Source: Minisyncoccota bacterium (GTDB taxonomy: Bacteria > Patescibacteriota > Minisyncoccia > Phycocordibacterales > WO2-35-19). From it: DNA of 64,000 nucleotides. Below the pieces are notes generated by a model, which had not been told where the DNA came from, made no database searches, and saw nothing but the letters and a program-made list of their open reading frames with translations. The stretch lies in NCBI GenBank assembly GCA_036517255.1, contig DATDXE010000017.1, forward strand, positions 39,599 to 103,598, given 5' to 3'. Positions 37,155 through 47,001 of the stretch are shown here, piece by piece (positions within the stretch are counted from its first letter, which is position 1; each line of letters opens with the position of its first letter). A program made the translations under genes and the position numbers.

Positions 37155-38501
37155 ATGGCAAGTAAACCTATAATAGTACGGTTCCCCCCTAGTCCGACGG
37201 GGTTGCTCCATGTGGGAGGAGTAAGGACTGCTCTTTATAATTACCTTTTTGCTAAACAGAACGGGGGTAAATTTTTACTACGTATAGAAGACACAGATAA
37301 AGAGAGGAGTAAAAAAGAGTATGAGGAAGATATTATAGATTCTTTAAATTGGCTCGGTTTAGATTGGGATAACAAAGGAAGTGAGTGGAGACAAAGTGAC
37401 AGAACAGAAATTTACAGAGGGAAAATACAAGAACTTATCCAGAAAGGAGCTGCTTATATTGCAGAATTACAGGAAGGAGAGACGGACGAAGATAAAAGAG
37501 TAGTGAGATTCAAAAACCCAGGAGGAAAAATAAAATTTCAAGATTTGATCCGAGGGGAGGTGGAAATGGAAGTAGGTGATCTCAATGATTTTATCATTGC
37601 CAAAAATATTGAGGAACCACTCTACCACCTGGTTGTCGTTGTAGACGATATGGAGTCGAGAGTGACTCATGTCATAAGAGGGGAAGATGGTATTTCAAAT
37701 ACTCCTCGTCAGATACTCATTCTCGAAGCTCTAGGTGGCGCTCGGCCTATTTACGCCCATTTACCACTAGTGCTTGCAGAGGATAAATCAAAACTCTCGA
37801 AGAGGAAGCATGGAGAGGCTGTTTCGCTCAAGTACTATCGCGATCGTGGTTATAGCCCGGAAGCAATATTAAATTTCGTTGCATTGATTGGCTGGAATCC
37901 TGGAACGGATCAGGAGGTATTTACTTTGGATGAGTTGGTCAAGGTATTTGACCTCTCTAAGGTGCAGAAAAAGGGAGGAGTGTTTGATATCAAAAAATTG
38001 GATTGGGTAAGTCGAGAGCATTTATTGAAAGAAAGTAAAAATGGAAAGATGGAAAAATTGGGAGAACAAATACAGAAAACAAAATATAAGGATAGTGAAA
38101 AATGGGGTGATTATGGATTCCTCGATAAATTTTTAGATATAATCTTAGATAGAATTCATAGGTGGGGCGAAGTGAGCGAGGTGCTTGAGGCAGGGGAGTA
38201 TGACTACTTATTTATCGATCCTGTCTTGGACAGGGGATTGATCGCTTGGAAAAAAAGTAGTCCAGAAAAAGCGAAAGAAAATTTAGAGAAGATAATTGAA
38301 ATCATTGATTCAAAAGTAAATGATAAAAGATTAGAGATAGAGACATTAGCAGGGGAGAGAGGGAAGGGAGATGTGCTTTGGCCCCTGCGTTATTCCCTAT
38401 CCGGTAAAGAAAAATCACCTGACCCGTTTACGCTACTTGATATTTTAGGAGTGGAGGAAAGTAAAAAAAGAATAAAAGCTGTGATTGAGATATTAAATTA
38501 A
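37155..38501 (+). CDS. gltX: Glutamate-tRNA ligase
   Basis: RFPPSPTG, HVGG, RIEDTD, THVIRGED, KLSKR. Confidence 0.96.
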   Translation: MASKPIIVRFPPSPTGLLHVGGVRTALYNYLFAKQNGGKFLLRIEDTDKERSKKEYEEDIIDSLNWLGLDWDNKGSEWRQSDRTEIYRGKIQELIQKGAAYIAELQEGETDEDKRVVRFKNPGGKIKFQDLIRGEVEMEVGDLNDFIIAKNIEEPLYHLVVVVDDMESRVTHVIRGEDGISNTPRQILILEALGGARPIYAHLPLVLAEDKSKLSKRKHGEAVSLKYYRDRGYSPEAILNFVALIGWNPGTDQEVFTLDELVKVFDLSKVQKKGGVFDIKKLDWVSREHLLKESKNGKMEKLGEQIQKTKYKDSEKWGDYGFLDKFLDIILDRIHRWGEVSEVLEAGEYDYLFIDPVLDRGLIAWKKSSPEKAKENLEKIIEIIDSKVNDKRLEIETLAGERGKGDVLWPLRYSLSGKEKSPDPFTLLDILGVEESKKRIKAVIEILN

Positions 38502-38505
38502 AAAA

Positions 38506-39831
38506 TTGAAAATCATAAATTCATTAAAAATTGAAAATCATAAACCAGCCCGACGAAGTCATTCTGGCGAGTTAAAAATTGCCGTCACCTTATCGGCCTT
38601 ATTTTTGTTTGGTGCGGTGGGCGTTTTTGCTCAAAATGTAACCGAGCTCGAAAACAAAATAGAAAACCATACAGAAGAAATAAAAAAACTCGATCAGGAA
38701 ATTAAAAAATGGGAGGGGGAAATAAACAGTAAACAGCGGGAAGCTAAGACTCTACAAAACACGATTCAAATTCTGGACACTAATGCTAAAAAAATAGGTA
38801 CCGAAATAAAGAAAACAGAAGTAAATATAAGTAAGGTCAATCTTTCCATATCAGAACTATCAAAAGAAATCTCTATTATTGAAGGTAAAATAGAGATAAA
38901 TTTTAAAGCTACTGCTTTGTCTTTAAGCGATCTCAATAGAGCCGATGACGAGTCGCTTGTAGAGGTATTTTTGGGTAGTGAAAGTATGGCTGAAGTACTT
39001 GATCAGTATGAAAGTGCTGGCCAGTTCCAGGATAGTATAAGGAGCAAGAGTGTTGAGCTAAGCCAGTATAAAGATGATTTGCAAGGTAAGAAGGTGGAAG
39101 TCGAAGGTGAAAAAAAGGAGTTGGTTAGTTTGAAAACTGAATTGGGCGACCAAAAGATGGTGCTCGATATAAACAAGAAAGAGAAAAATACTGTACTAAC
39201 TGAAACAAAAAATAAAGAATCGGAGTATAAAAAGATATTGGCTCAGAAGCAGATTGAAAAAGAAAAATTTGAAAAGGAGTTGTTTGATTTTGAATCGCAA
39301 TTGAAAATTGCTATCGATCCAAATAACTATGCTTCCGCTAAAAAAGGAGTGCTAGAGTGGCCTCTTGATAGTATTTTTATTACTCAGCAGTTCGGCAAGA
39401 CTGCTGATGCTAAGAGGCTCTACACTTCAGGTACTCACAATGGTGTGGACTTTAGAGCCTCACGAGGCACTAGAGTCTTGGCTTCACTTTCTGGCGTGGT
39501 GCAAAGCACGGGTAATACCGATGCTCAAAAGAGTTGTTACTCATACGGTAAATGGGTACTTATAAAACATGGTAACGGCCTGACGACTCTTTATGCTCAT
39601 CTTGATCTTATAAAGGTTGTTGCCGGTCAAGCCGTAAGCACAAGTGATATAATTGGTTACAGCGGACAAACCGGCTATGCCACTGGGCCTCACCTTCACT
39701 TCACGCTCTATGCGAGTGAAGGTGTGAGCGTCCAGAGGTATTCCCAAAGCCGTAATTGTAAGAATGTCGACATTCCTGTTGCTTCAAGCAATGCGTATCT
39801 CGATCCGATGAGATATTTTCCATCTTTATAA
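38506..39831 (+). CDS. Coiled-coil plus M23 metallopeptidase (EnvC-like architecture)
   Basis: Long coiled coil; WP, HNGVDF, YAHL, TGPHLHF; start uncertain (TTG within a repeat). Confidence 0.88.
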   Translation: MKIINSLKIENHKPARRSHSGELKIAVTLSALFLFGAVGVFAQNVTELENKIENHTEEIKKLDQEIKKWEGEINSKQREAKTLQNTIQILDTNAKKIGTEIKKTEVNISKVNLSISELSKEISIIEGKIEINFKATALSLSDLNRADDESLVEVFLGSESMAEVLDQYESAGQFQDSIRSKSVELSQYKDDLQGKKVEVEGEKKELVSLKTELGDQKMVLDINKKEKNTVLTETKNKESEYKKILAQKQIEKEKFEKELFDFESQLKIAIDPNNYASAKKGVLEWPLDSIFITQQFGKTADAKRLYTSGTHNGVDFRASRGTRVLASLSGVVQSTGNTDAQKSCYSYGKWVLIKHGNGLTTLYAHLDLIKVVAGQAVSTSDIIGYSGQTGYATGPHLHFTLYASEGVSVQRYSQSRNCKNVDIPVASSNAYLDPMRYFPSL

Positions 39832-39853
39832 AATAAAAATAATTTTTAAAAAT

Positions 39854-40048
39854 ATGAAAAAAAATCAAGTAAATAATGAAGGCAACTTCCCTCTTGATAA
39901 AGCAGGGGAGAGGGGCTTCATAAGAGAGATAGTATTAATAGTAGTGGCACTTATTGTAGTGAAGTATTATTTCGATGTAGATGTGATCGCGTATGGGGAA
40001 GAATACTTCGGAAAACTAGTTGGCTGGGTAAAAGGCTGGTTTGACTAA
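39854..40048 (+). CDS. Small membrane protein
   Basis: 64 aa with one hydrophobic segment (IVLIVVALIVV). Confidence 0.65.
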   Translation: MKKNQVNNEGNFPLDKAGERGFIREIVLIVVALIVVKYYFDVDVIAYGEEYFGKLVGWVKGWFD

Positions 40049-40145
40049 ATTCTCAAAGAGACCTTTTGTCTAAAGGCCAATAGTGTCAAAACATATATTG
40101 TGCGACGTTAGTACCCTAGAGCATTGTTCTCCCCCGTCGCAAAAG

Positions 40146-40182
40146 AAAACCACCCCTGACCTATTTGGCTCGGGGTGGTTTT
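40146..40182. terminator. Bidirectional terminator-like hairpin
   Basis: aaaaccacccc-N15-ggggtggtttt with A/T runs on both sides. Confidence 0.7.
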
Positions 40183-40206
40183 TTTTATTAATTGACTCCT
40201 TTGCTG

Positions 40207-40764
40207 TTACCTATTCAGAGCAAGCTCTGTACGGTATTTGGAGTAAGCTTCGGTTTTCTTCCAACACTTTGAGGATGAGATCCAAGGCTGGAGACCTTCC
40301 TTTTCGAAGAGATACCTCGCATAAGCGGTGTTACCTTCTATAGTATGAAGATCTATACCAAGTTTCTCAGCACGATCAAGGTGATAATATTCATTGATCT
40401 GCATCACTCCCTTGTCGCTCTTGTTTACGAAACCGACGAGAGTTTTTCCATTTTTATCATGCTGCCTAAACTGTGACTCACAGCGAGCAACCTCGACAAG
40501 TACGGGCACATCAGAGAAATACTTGTTAACGTATTCCTCCACAGTCAATTCAGATTGGACATTTTCAGTGATGTCGATATTATCTTGAGAAAGAACGCCG
40601 TTAAAGTTTGCTCCGATACCCGATACTGACATAAGAAGACCAATCGCTGTAATCTGGAAAATAAGCCTAAGTTTTAAGTATAATCCGTTTACTCTCCTTT
40701 TCTCTTTGATGTTGCTCCAGAGTATTCGGGAGCCTATCTTGGAAAGAATCGAGAACACAACCAT
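40207..40764 (-). CDS. Lysozyme/lytic transglycosylase-like (SLT/Rpf-like) secreted protein; start uncertain
   Basis: VARCES catalytic Glu motif, GVMQIN, GLQPW; next in-frame ATG is at 40632. Confidence 0.7.
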   Translation of the reverse strand: MVVFSILSKIGSRILWSNIKEKRRVNGLYLKLRLIFQITAIGLLMSVSGIGANFNGVLSQDNIDITENVQSELTVEEYVNKYFSDVPVLVEVARCESQFRQHDKNGKTLVGFVNKSDKGVMQINEYYHLDRAEKLGIDLHTIEGNTAYARYLFEKEGLQPWISSSKCWKKTEAYSKYRTELALNR

Positions 40765-40845
40765 TAATTCTGCTCTCGCTTTGACCAGTTAGGCTCTGAC
40801 TTCCCTTATAAAGGAAAGGTCCGGTAAGAAACCAGACTTGTATAC

Positions 40846-40874
40846 ATTATACACCTATTCAACCTTGCTGTCAA
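40846..40874 (-). promoter_or_regulatory. Consensus sigma-70 promoter
   Basis: TTGACA-17-TATAAT on the minus strand. Confidence 0.8.
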
Positions 40875-40926
40875 TAGTAATCTGTGGTCAAATAATTTGA
40901 CCCGAAAAAGACTCAAGAATAAGCCT

Positions 40927-40981
40927 AAAATACCAAGGATGACCTTCAGGCTGCTGTACTGAGGGTCATCCTTGGTATTTT
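40927..40981. repeat. Palindrome family A variant doublet, intergenic
   Basis: aaaataccaaggatgaccttcag-N9-ctgagggtcatccttggtatttt. Confidence 0.88.
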
Positions 40982-40983
40982 TT

Positions 40984-43677
40984 CTAGAATTCTTGATATG
41001 TCGGATCTATAGCAAAATTGGCTGTACAGCTGACGGAGGAACTCACTGTAAAGCTATATGAAGGATTGGTGCCACTGCAATTCCCTGTCCATCGAACGAA
41101 TATCCTGCCTGTAGCTGGGGTGGCAATGAGAGTAACATTAGAATCTTGGGCGTATGTTTCTGAACAGTCAGCTCCACAGTTGATTCCTCCTGGATTACTT
41201 ACTACTGTTCCCTGCCCTGTTTTGTTGACACTTACATTTACCGTAGGGTTCTGTACTGTTATGGTTATATTATCAGTACCGTTTCCTGGTTGACAGGTAG
41301 CGGTGTAGGTTCTTGATGAAGTGAGGTTACCGGTAGCTTGGTTGCCAGAAGTGCCTGTCCAGCCGGTTGGTGATACTGTACATCCTCCACTAGCCCCATT
41401 TGAACTCCAGATTATATTTGTGCCTGTGTTGTAGGGTATGGTAGTTTGCCCGGCATTTATATCTACTGTAGCAGCTGAAGCCTGTTTGGCCCAAGAGAAA
41501 CTGTATGAAGCCCCTCCTCCATTTTCGTAATATTCCATGACTAAAGTTTTATTTCCTGCTGTAACTGCAACTGGTGTAGATGCTACCGTTCTATAACCAT
41601 GGTCGCTCCAATCATTTACTAAGTAACCAGAATCGGGGCTGCCGTCAAGATTATTGTCGAAATAAAGCCTTACCCCATCGTCCCCTCCTATAGTAAATAT
41701 ATAATTGCCGGCAGTGAAATTGAACGTGCCTTTTGATCTTATGGAATAGGTATTAGTATTTGAAGAATCAGGGCCGCTATTCCCCCAATCTCTATATGGA
41801 ATAGGGCTTGCAGTATCAGGGGCTGGACTTGATAAAGCGGATTGATTTACTGCTGTGGTCGTAATCGTGTTGAAAGCCATTCCATCATAGAGACAGCCTT
41901 TCATAAAGTTTGATCCTGCTCCCGTATCGCAGGAAGCGAGTGGAGCTACAGTCACCGTTACCGATCCGTTTCCTGTTCCTCCCGGGCCAGTACAACTGAG
42001 GGAGTAGGTCGTAGAAGTAGTTATATTTCCAGTCGAGACGCCTGTACTATTAGTAGTTCCGGTAGACCAATTTCCTGCTGGCATATTAGTTCCTGTGCAA
42101 CTTGTAGCATTAGTTATGGTCCAAGAAATATTAGAGGAAGTATTGTAGGCAATGGAAGTAGGGTTTGCGGTAAGAGTTATCGTCGGTAGTCCTGGCACTG
42201 CCGCCCGGCTGGCGGTACATGAAGCAGAGGTACTGCCGCCGTTTTGCCCACTACAAGTCCAATTTACTGAAGTGCCTGCAGCTGGGAACGAAGTGTTCGA
42301 AGAGGATCCATTGCCACACTGGGTATCTGGACTGTATTGGGTTATGCTAGAAGCATAGGTTTTTCCATTCGCTGTGCCGCAAGTGCCATTTATTGGAGCA
42401 ACTGTTGCAGTAAATGTCTGAACAACACAATTATTGGATTCGTTAGATTCAGAAACTGAATTATTTATATCAGCGCAAAATTCAAAACGATGAGTGCCCG
42501 CATTAATAGAAGCATTCCAGTTTTCACTTTCTGAGGCTCCGGAAGACAGTGCCCCTGTCGTTGCGTTTCCTGGAGTTAGATCCCACGAGCCATTATTCCC
42601 AATATCTATTCTTAATCGAGCCTGACTAGAACCAGCAGAACCTGCTCCGGAATTCCTAATATTTACTCTGAAGTCCATATTACCAGCAGAGACTGAGCCT
42701 CCTGGGAGTACGACTTCTGCAATCAAATCAGGCCGAGTAACATTTATTGTAAGAAGCCCGCCCAAATCATATCTATCGTCACTATTCCAGCGTCCTCTTA
42801 TTCCAATAGAATAAGTTGATAAGGGAGTGTTGGCGGCCGTTACGACTCTGAAGGTAGTACTTGCCATGCCATTATTGGGCACACTTACATTTGTAACCGT
42901 AAAATTGCAAGTAGCGTTGTTGGGACAAGCGTAGTATCGACTCATATTGACCGTACCCGACATACCGTCAATTGCTTGTATAGTTATCGGGTAGTATGCA
43001 GTCTGTCCCGCGTTTATAGTTTTACTTTTAGGTGAATTCAAAGTGACGGTGAAATCGGGTGGGGGCGCGCTACAATCTCCCCCACTACTTATATTGCAAT
43101 TACTATAGTTTTCTCCAGCATACTCTTGGCATACTCCGTCTCCGCAAGTAGGTCCGGAAGGTTCATCAGAGGCTGGCACCACTATTTGGTACCCATCGTG
43201 ATCCGCAGTACCGGCACAAAAAGAATTAGAGATTGAAGGTGGAACTTGTGTACCTCCAGGCTGAAGTCGCCTACCCTGGTATTGCAAACCATTATTACAA
43301 TCAAAAATTTGAGTCCCAGAAGGATAATCTCCATTCATAAATCCCTGCAGAATTGGAGGAGTAATCCAGACCCAAGGGTCTGACACCAGAGAACCAGGAT
43401 CACAAGCCAGAACCGTCGGATAACATATGCCAGGACTATAAACATTCATACTAAAAAACCCCAGGTCATTTATACTTTCAATGAAATCATAACTCTCAAG
43501 CACAACCTCACGCCAAGAAGAGGTATTCATAAAAGAAATATCCATCCTGTCTGACCAACCAAAATTTTGTTCTTGAAAGAAATAGGTTTTAGCTGGCTCA
43601 GCATCTACTATCGTCGGAATACAGAAGAGAAAAAGAGTGTAGACAATTAATAATAACTTTCTGGAAATAGATTTCAT
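40984..43677 (-). CDS. Large secreted Thr/Ser/Cys-rich surface protein (CARDB-like, PA14-like and InlB B-repeat-like modules)
   Basis: Signal peptide; PDL..ESNESNNC; DDGVRLYFD..EYYENGGGA; VVSNPGGINCG..VTLIATP..WTGNC. Confidence 0.75.
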   Translation of the reverse strand: MKSISRKLLLIVYTLFLFCIPTIVDAEPAKTYFFQEQNFGWSDRMDISFMNTSSWREVVLESYDFIESINDLGFFSMNVYSPGICYPTVLACDPGSLVSDPWVWITPPILQGFMNGDYPSGTQIFDCNNGLQYQGRRLQPGGTQVPPSISNSFCAGTADHDGYQIVVPASDEPSGPTCGDGVCQEYAGENYSNCNISSGGDCSAPPPDFTVTLNSPKSKTINAGQTAYYPITIQAIDGMSGTVNMSRYYACPNNATCNFTVTNVSVPNNGMASTTFRVVTAANTPLSTYSIGIRGRWNSDDRYDLGGLLTINVTRPDLIAEVVLPGGSVSAGNMDFRVNIRNSGAGSAGSSQARLRIDIGNNGSWDLTPGNATTGALSSGASESENWNASINAGTHRFEFCADINNSVSESNESNNCVVQTFTATVAPINGTCGTANGKTYASSITQYSPDTQCGNGSSSNTSFPAAGTSVNWTCSGQNGGSTSASCTASRAAVPGLPTITLTANPTSIAYNTSSNISWTITNATSCTGTNMPAGNWSTGTTNSTGVSTGNITTSTTYSLSCTGPGGTGNGSVTVTVAPLASCDTGAGSNFMKGCLYDGMAFNTITTTAVNQSALSSPAPDTASPIPYRDWGNSGPDSSNTNTYSIRSKGTFNFTAGNYIFTIGGDDGVRLYFDNNLDGSPDSGYLVNDWSDHGYRTVASTPVAVTAGNKTLVMEYYENGGGASYSFSWAKQASAATVDINAGQTTIPYNTGTNIIWSSNGASGGCTVSPTGWTGTSGNQATGNLTSSRTYTATCQPGNGTDNITITVQNPTVNVSVNKTGQGTVVSNPGGINCGADCSETYAQDSNVTLIATPATGRIFVRWTGNCSGTNPSYSFTVSSSVSCTANFAIDPTYQEF

Positions 43678-43681
43678 ATCT

Positions 43682-44134
43682 TTATTTTATACTAGTTATT
43701 GATACAACCGGAGAATTAACCACAACACTCACAACTATACCGTTCTTGGTCATTATTATATTTTTGAAGCTTTTATCGAAAGTGGCCACTTCCCAATTAT
43801 TATCTAAAAAGTACTTTGCATAAAGATTATTGATAGCCTTTAGAGTTAAATTACTACTATACGAAATGGTGGATTGGGTCTTACCATCCTCTGTTTTGCT
43901 GGTATAGCTCGATAGAATGACAGCGTCTTTATCTAATACAATATCCTGGGGTAGATCAGATGGAATTTCCTCATTGGACAGTGGCAAAATACTATTTGTA
44001 TTTTGATTTTCTTCCTTTGGTAGAACTTTAGTAAGAGATCCATTATTCCAATACAAAAAGGCTGTAAGTAGAATAATCACCACTACAGCCAAAATTGCCT
44101 GATACTTCCTCCTACCGTTGGTAGACTGATCCAT
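43682..44134 (-). CDS. Membrane-anchored hypothetical protein
   Basis: N-terminal TM; TATAAT 6 nt before ATG 44134. Confidence 0.7.
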   Translation of the reverse strand: MDQSTNGRRKYQAILAVVVIILLTAFLYWNNGSLTKVLPKEENQNTNSILPLSNEEIPSDLPQDIVLDKDAVILSSYTSKTEDGKTQSTISYSSNLTLKAINNLYAKYFLDNNWEVATFDKSFKNIIMTKNGIVVSVVVNSPVVSITSIK

Positions 44135-44168
44135 CCCAAAATTATACAGCAAAAATAAAAAGCGTATC

Positions 44169-44858
44169 TTATTTTGTGGATAAGGCCTGATCGATAATTT
44201 GCTTCAATTCAGTATAAGAAAGCGCGCCGACATGTTTTTGACCGTTGATAATGAAAGAGGGGGTACCAGAAATACCAACCTTTCCCGCCATTTGTATGTC
44301 AGCATTTACGACACTGGTCTTCTCTCCCCCATCGAGGCATTTATTAAATTCATTGGTATCTAGACTGAGATCTGATGCATAACGCTTGAGACTAGGAATG
44401 TCTAGCCCTGCTCCATTCGACTTACCATTTTCAAAAAGTAAGTCGTGATACTGCCAAAATTTATTTTGATCGTTTGCACATTCACTTGCCTCGGCTGCTT
44501 TGTGTGCAGACGGGTGTAAGGAAGCTATGGGAAACTGCCTGTATATAAAAGTTATTTTATTAGTATCGACGTACTCTTCTTTTATCTGTTTGTATGTCGT
44601 ATTCCAAAACTGCTGACAAAATGGGCATTGAAAGTCAGAGAATTCATATACCACCACTTCCCCGTCCCCCTCTGTCGCTTCATCTGCTCTAGATACAATA
44701 TCTATTATTTCCGTGTTTTCTTGTTGAACATTTATTTCTTGTTTTTGACTTGCTTCTGATGAAGTATTATTACTACTCCAGAAAATACTTATAGCAATAA
44801 GTATGCCACTCAATAAAATGCTATTTGAGACTGATAGTATATCTTTATTCTGATCCAT
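44169..44858 (-). CDS. DsbA-family thioredoxin-fold oxidoreductase
   Basis: EFSDFQCPFC, AAEASECA, GISGTPSFIING. Confidence 0.92.
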   Translation of the reverse strand: MDQNKDILSVSNSILLSGILIAISIFWSSNNTSSEASQKQEINVQQENTEIIDIVSRADEATEGDGEVVVYEFSDFQCPFCQQFWNTTYKQIKEEYVDTNKITFIYRQFPIASLHPSAHKAAEASECANDQNKFWQYHDLLFENGKSNGAGLDIPSLKRYASDLSLDTNEFNKCLDGGEKTSVVNADIQMAGKVGISGTPSFIINGQKHVGALSYTELKQIIDQALSTK

Positions 44859-46248
44859 TGATGTGTACTGTATCACTTTCACTCAAACCAGACAATACTT
44901 CCACATAGCCATCACTTCCTGTAATACCGGTTGTTATTTCCACCTTTTCTATAATCTTTTTCTCTACAAATTTATTTACGTACATTTTACCATCTTCTCT
45001 CATCACCGCGTATGTTGGTATCGAGAGAACATCTTTTTTTTCCGCTGAAGCTATAGTTACCCCTGCAGTAAGGCCACTTCTTATTTTGACATCTGGATTG
45101 TTTATTTCTATCCTCAATTTATAATTCACCACTTCGTCTACCACTGTTTCTCCCGGATCTATGAAGGTCACAGTGCCCTGGAACTTTTCTCCCGGATAAG
45201 CATCGAATTCGATCTTGACCACATTGCCTGCTGCTACTTTACCGATATTTATTTCAGAAACATTAGCCTCTATATACATGTCGTTTTCCGAGATGACTGA
45301 GACAAATATTTCTCCTGCTTGAGCGATTTCTCCCACATCAGCATCTTGCCTACTCACCGTACCACCGAAAGGAGCTGTAATGCGTGATTTACGCAGCTCA
45401 GCTTCTAGAGAGGAGATAGATGATTTGATTTGATTAACCCTTTCCTCTCCTGCGCCACTTGCACTAAGTACTCCATCGCGCGCAGTGGCCACTGTGTTTC
45501 TGGCGCTGTCTATGGCAGTTTTATAACCAGTGACAGTTGCTTCATAAGCAAAATTAGCGGGGGCAAAAGAGTTGACGGCGTAAGCTACTTTATTTAAGAA
45601 ATTAGAAACAGTGTTTATTCGCTCCAGAGCGATACTCACAAAATTTTTACTGTCACTAGAATTGAGCTGTAAAAGTTCGGCCTGGAATTTATTGAGAGTT
45701 ATTTCGATGTCAAAACGATTTGAGTTTAGTTCTATCACGATGTCGGATGGTACAGAGAAATAGTGTACGTAGTTTCCATCACTAAACTTAACTTCGAAAT
45801 TAGGATTGGTGCGCGGAGTTTTGAAAAATTGATCAGCCTTGTTTCGCACTGCATTGTCGGCCGCACTAAAAGCTTCACGAATGGCCGATTCGATCTTCTT
45901 CCCCTCGTCCAAAAGCCCGGATTCCTCTTCAGCTAAAAGCGCTCTTTCCTTGGCCAAATTTGCTAAATCAGCTCCCATATCAAGCTCAGCAATAACTTGT
46001 CCTTGCACTACCCTATTACCCACCTCGACATAAGAGCGGGCCACTCTGCCATTTTTATCAAACCCTAGCTCTACCTCATTCCTGGCTTTAGTTTTTCCCG
46101 TCACCACCACTTCCTGTACAATATCTCTCCTCTCCACCTTGGCTATTTGTGCTTCCTCTCCTCCACCAGCTATCACAAAACCTATAATTACCACAAGCAA
46201 TAAAATAGCGGAAATAATGTATTTCTTTTTGAAAAATTTTGCCTTCAT
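44845..46248 (-). CDS. Efflux membrane-fusion (MacA/HlyD-like) adaptor
   Basis: N-terminal TM, VEVGNRV, ITAPFGGTV, ANVSE, VEVLSGL. Confidence 0.88.
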   Translation of the reverse strand: MKAKFFKKKYIISAILLLVVIIGFVIAGGGEEAQIAKVERRDIVQEVVVTGKTKARNEVELGFDKNGRVARSYVEVGNRVVQGQVIAELDMGADLANLAKERALLAEEESGLLDEGKKIESAIREAFSAADNAVRNKADQFFKTPRTNPNFEVKFSDGNYVHYFSVPSDIVIELNSNRFDIEITLNKFQAELLQLNSSDSKNFVSIALERINTVSNFLNKVAYAVNSFAPANFAYEATVTGYKTAIDSARNTVATARDGVLSASGAGEERVNQIKSSISSLEAELRKSRITAPFGGTVSRQDADVGEIAQAGEIFVSVISENDMYIEANVSEINIGKVAAGNVVKIEFDAYPGEKFQGTVTFIDPGETVVDEVVNYKLRIEINNPDVKIRSGLTAGVTIASAEKKDVLSIPTYAVMREDGKMYVNKFVEKKIIEKVEITTGITGSDGYVEVLSGLSESDTVHINGSE

Positions 46249-46270
46249 AAGATTTCCCATCATACCACAT

Positions 46271-46942
46271 TTATCCCTCTATTATCCCATCGACTAATTT
46301 GAAAATTTTGTGGGTGAGGCGGGCGTATTCGGGCTCGTGAGTGACCATGACGATGGTCTGGCCGTGTTCTTTGTTGAGGTTGAGGAATACTTTGAGAACC
46401 GTGTCAGCTGTTTCTGAATCGAGGTTCGCAGTCGGCTCATCAGCAAAAATAATTTTGGGTTCATGAGCGATAGCCCGAGCGATAGAGACTCTCTGTTGTT
46501 CCCCACCAGAGAGCTGGCTCGGCAAGTTATCCATCCTATGTTCCAAATCCACCTTATCGAGTGCTTTGCGGGCAATTTCATAAGCTTTTTCTTTCTCATG
46601 GCCTTGCATAAGAAGCGGTACAGCTACATTTTCTAAAGCTGAGAGCTCTGGTACCAAAGCATAATCTTGGAAAACATAGCCCAGCTCTTTCAGTCGGAAG
46701 CCGACCCTTGCTTCTTCATTCAAGCTAGAAACATTTGTGCCATCTATGATAATTTCTCCTGAATTTGGATAATCAAGAAGCCCAAGTTGATACAAAAGGG
46801 TCGACTTACCAGAGCCTGACCTACCAGTGATAGCCACAAACTGCCCCTTCTCAATATTGAGCGACAAATCTTTTAGCACATGGAGTTCTTTGTCTCCAGA
46901 GCGAAAAGATTTCTTTAAATTTCTTACTTTAATTATTTGCAT
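46271..46942 (-). CDS. ABC transporter ATPase (MacB/LolD-like)
   Basis: GRSGSGKST, LSGGEQQRV, ADEPTANLD, VTH. Confidence 0.95.
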   Translation of the reverse strand: MQIIKVRNLKKSFRSGDKELHVLKDLSLNIEKGQFVAITGRSGSGKSTLLYQLGLLDYPNSGEIIIDGTNVSSLNEEARVGFRLKELGYVFQDYALVPELSALENVAVPLLMQGHEKEKAYEIARKALDKVDLEHRMDNLPSQLSGGEQQRVSIARAIAHEPKIIFADEPTANLDSETADTVLKVFLNLNKEHGQTIVMVTHEPEYARLTHKIFKLVDGIIEG

Positions 46943-47001
46943 TTAGTCGTATATTTTATTATATTTCTATCCTATATTATCTTCTATTATTTTCCTAGGA
47001 A

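Noticed and set aside
39854-40048. Type IV pilin
   Set aside because: G|FIRE has Glu at +4 rather than +5 and the protein is very short.
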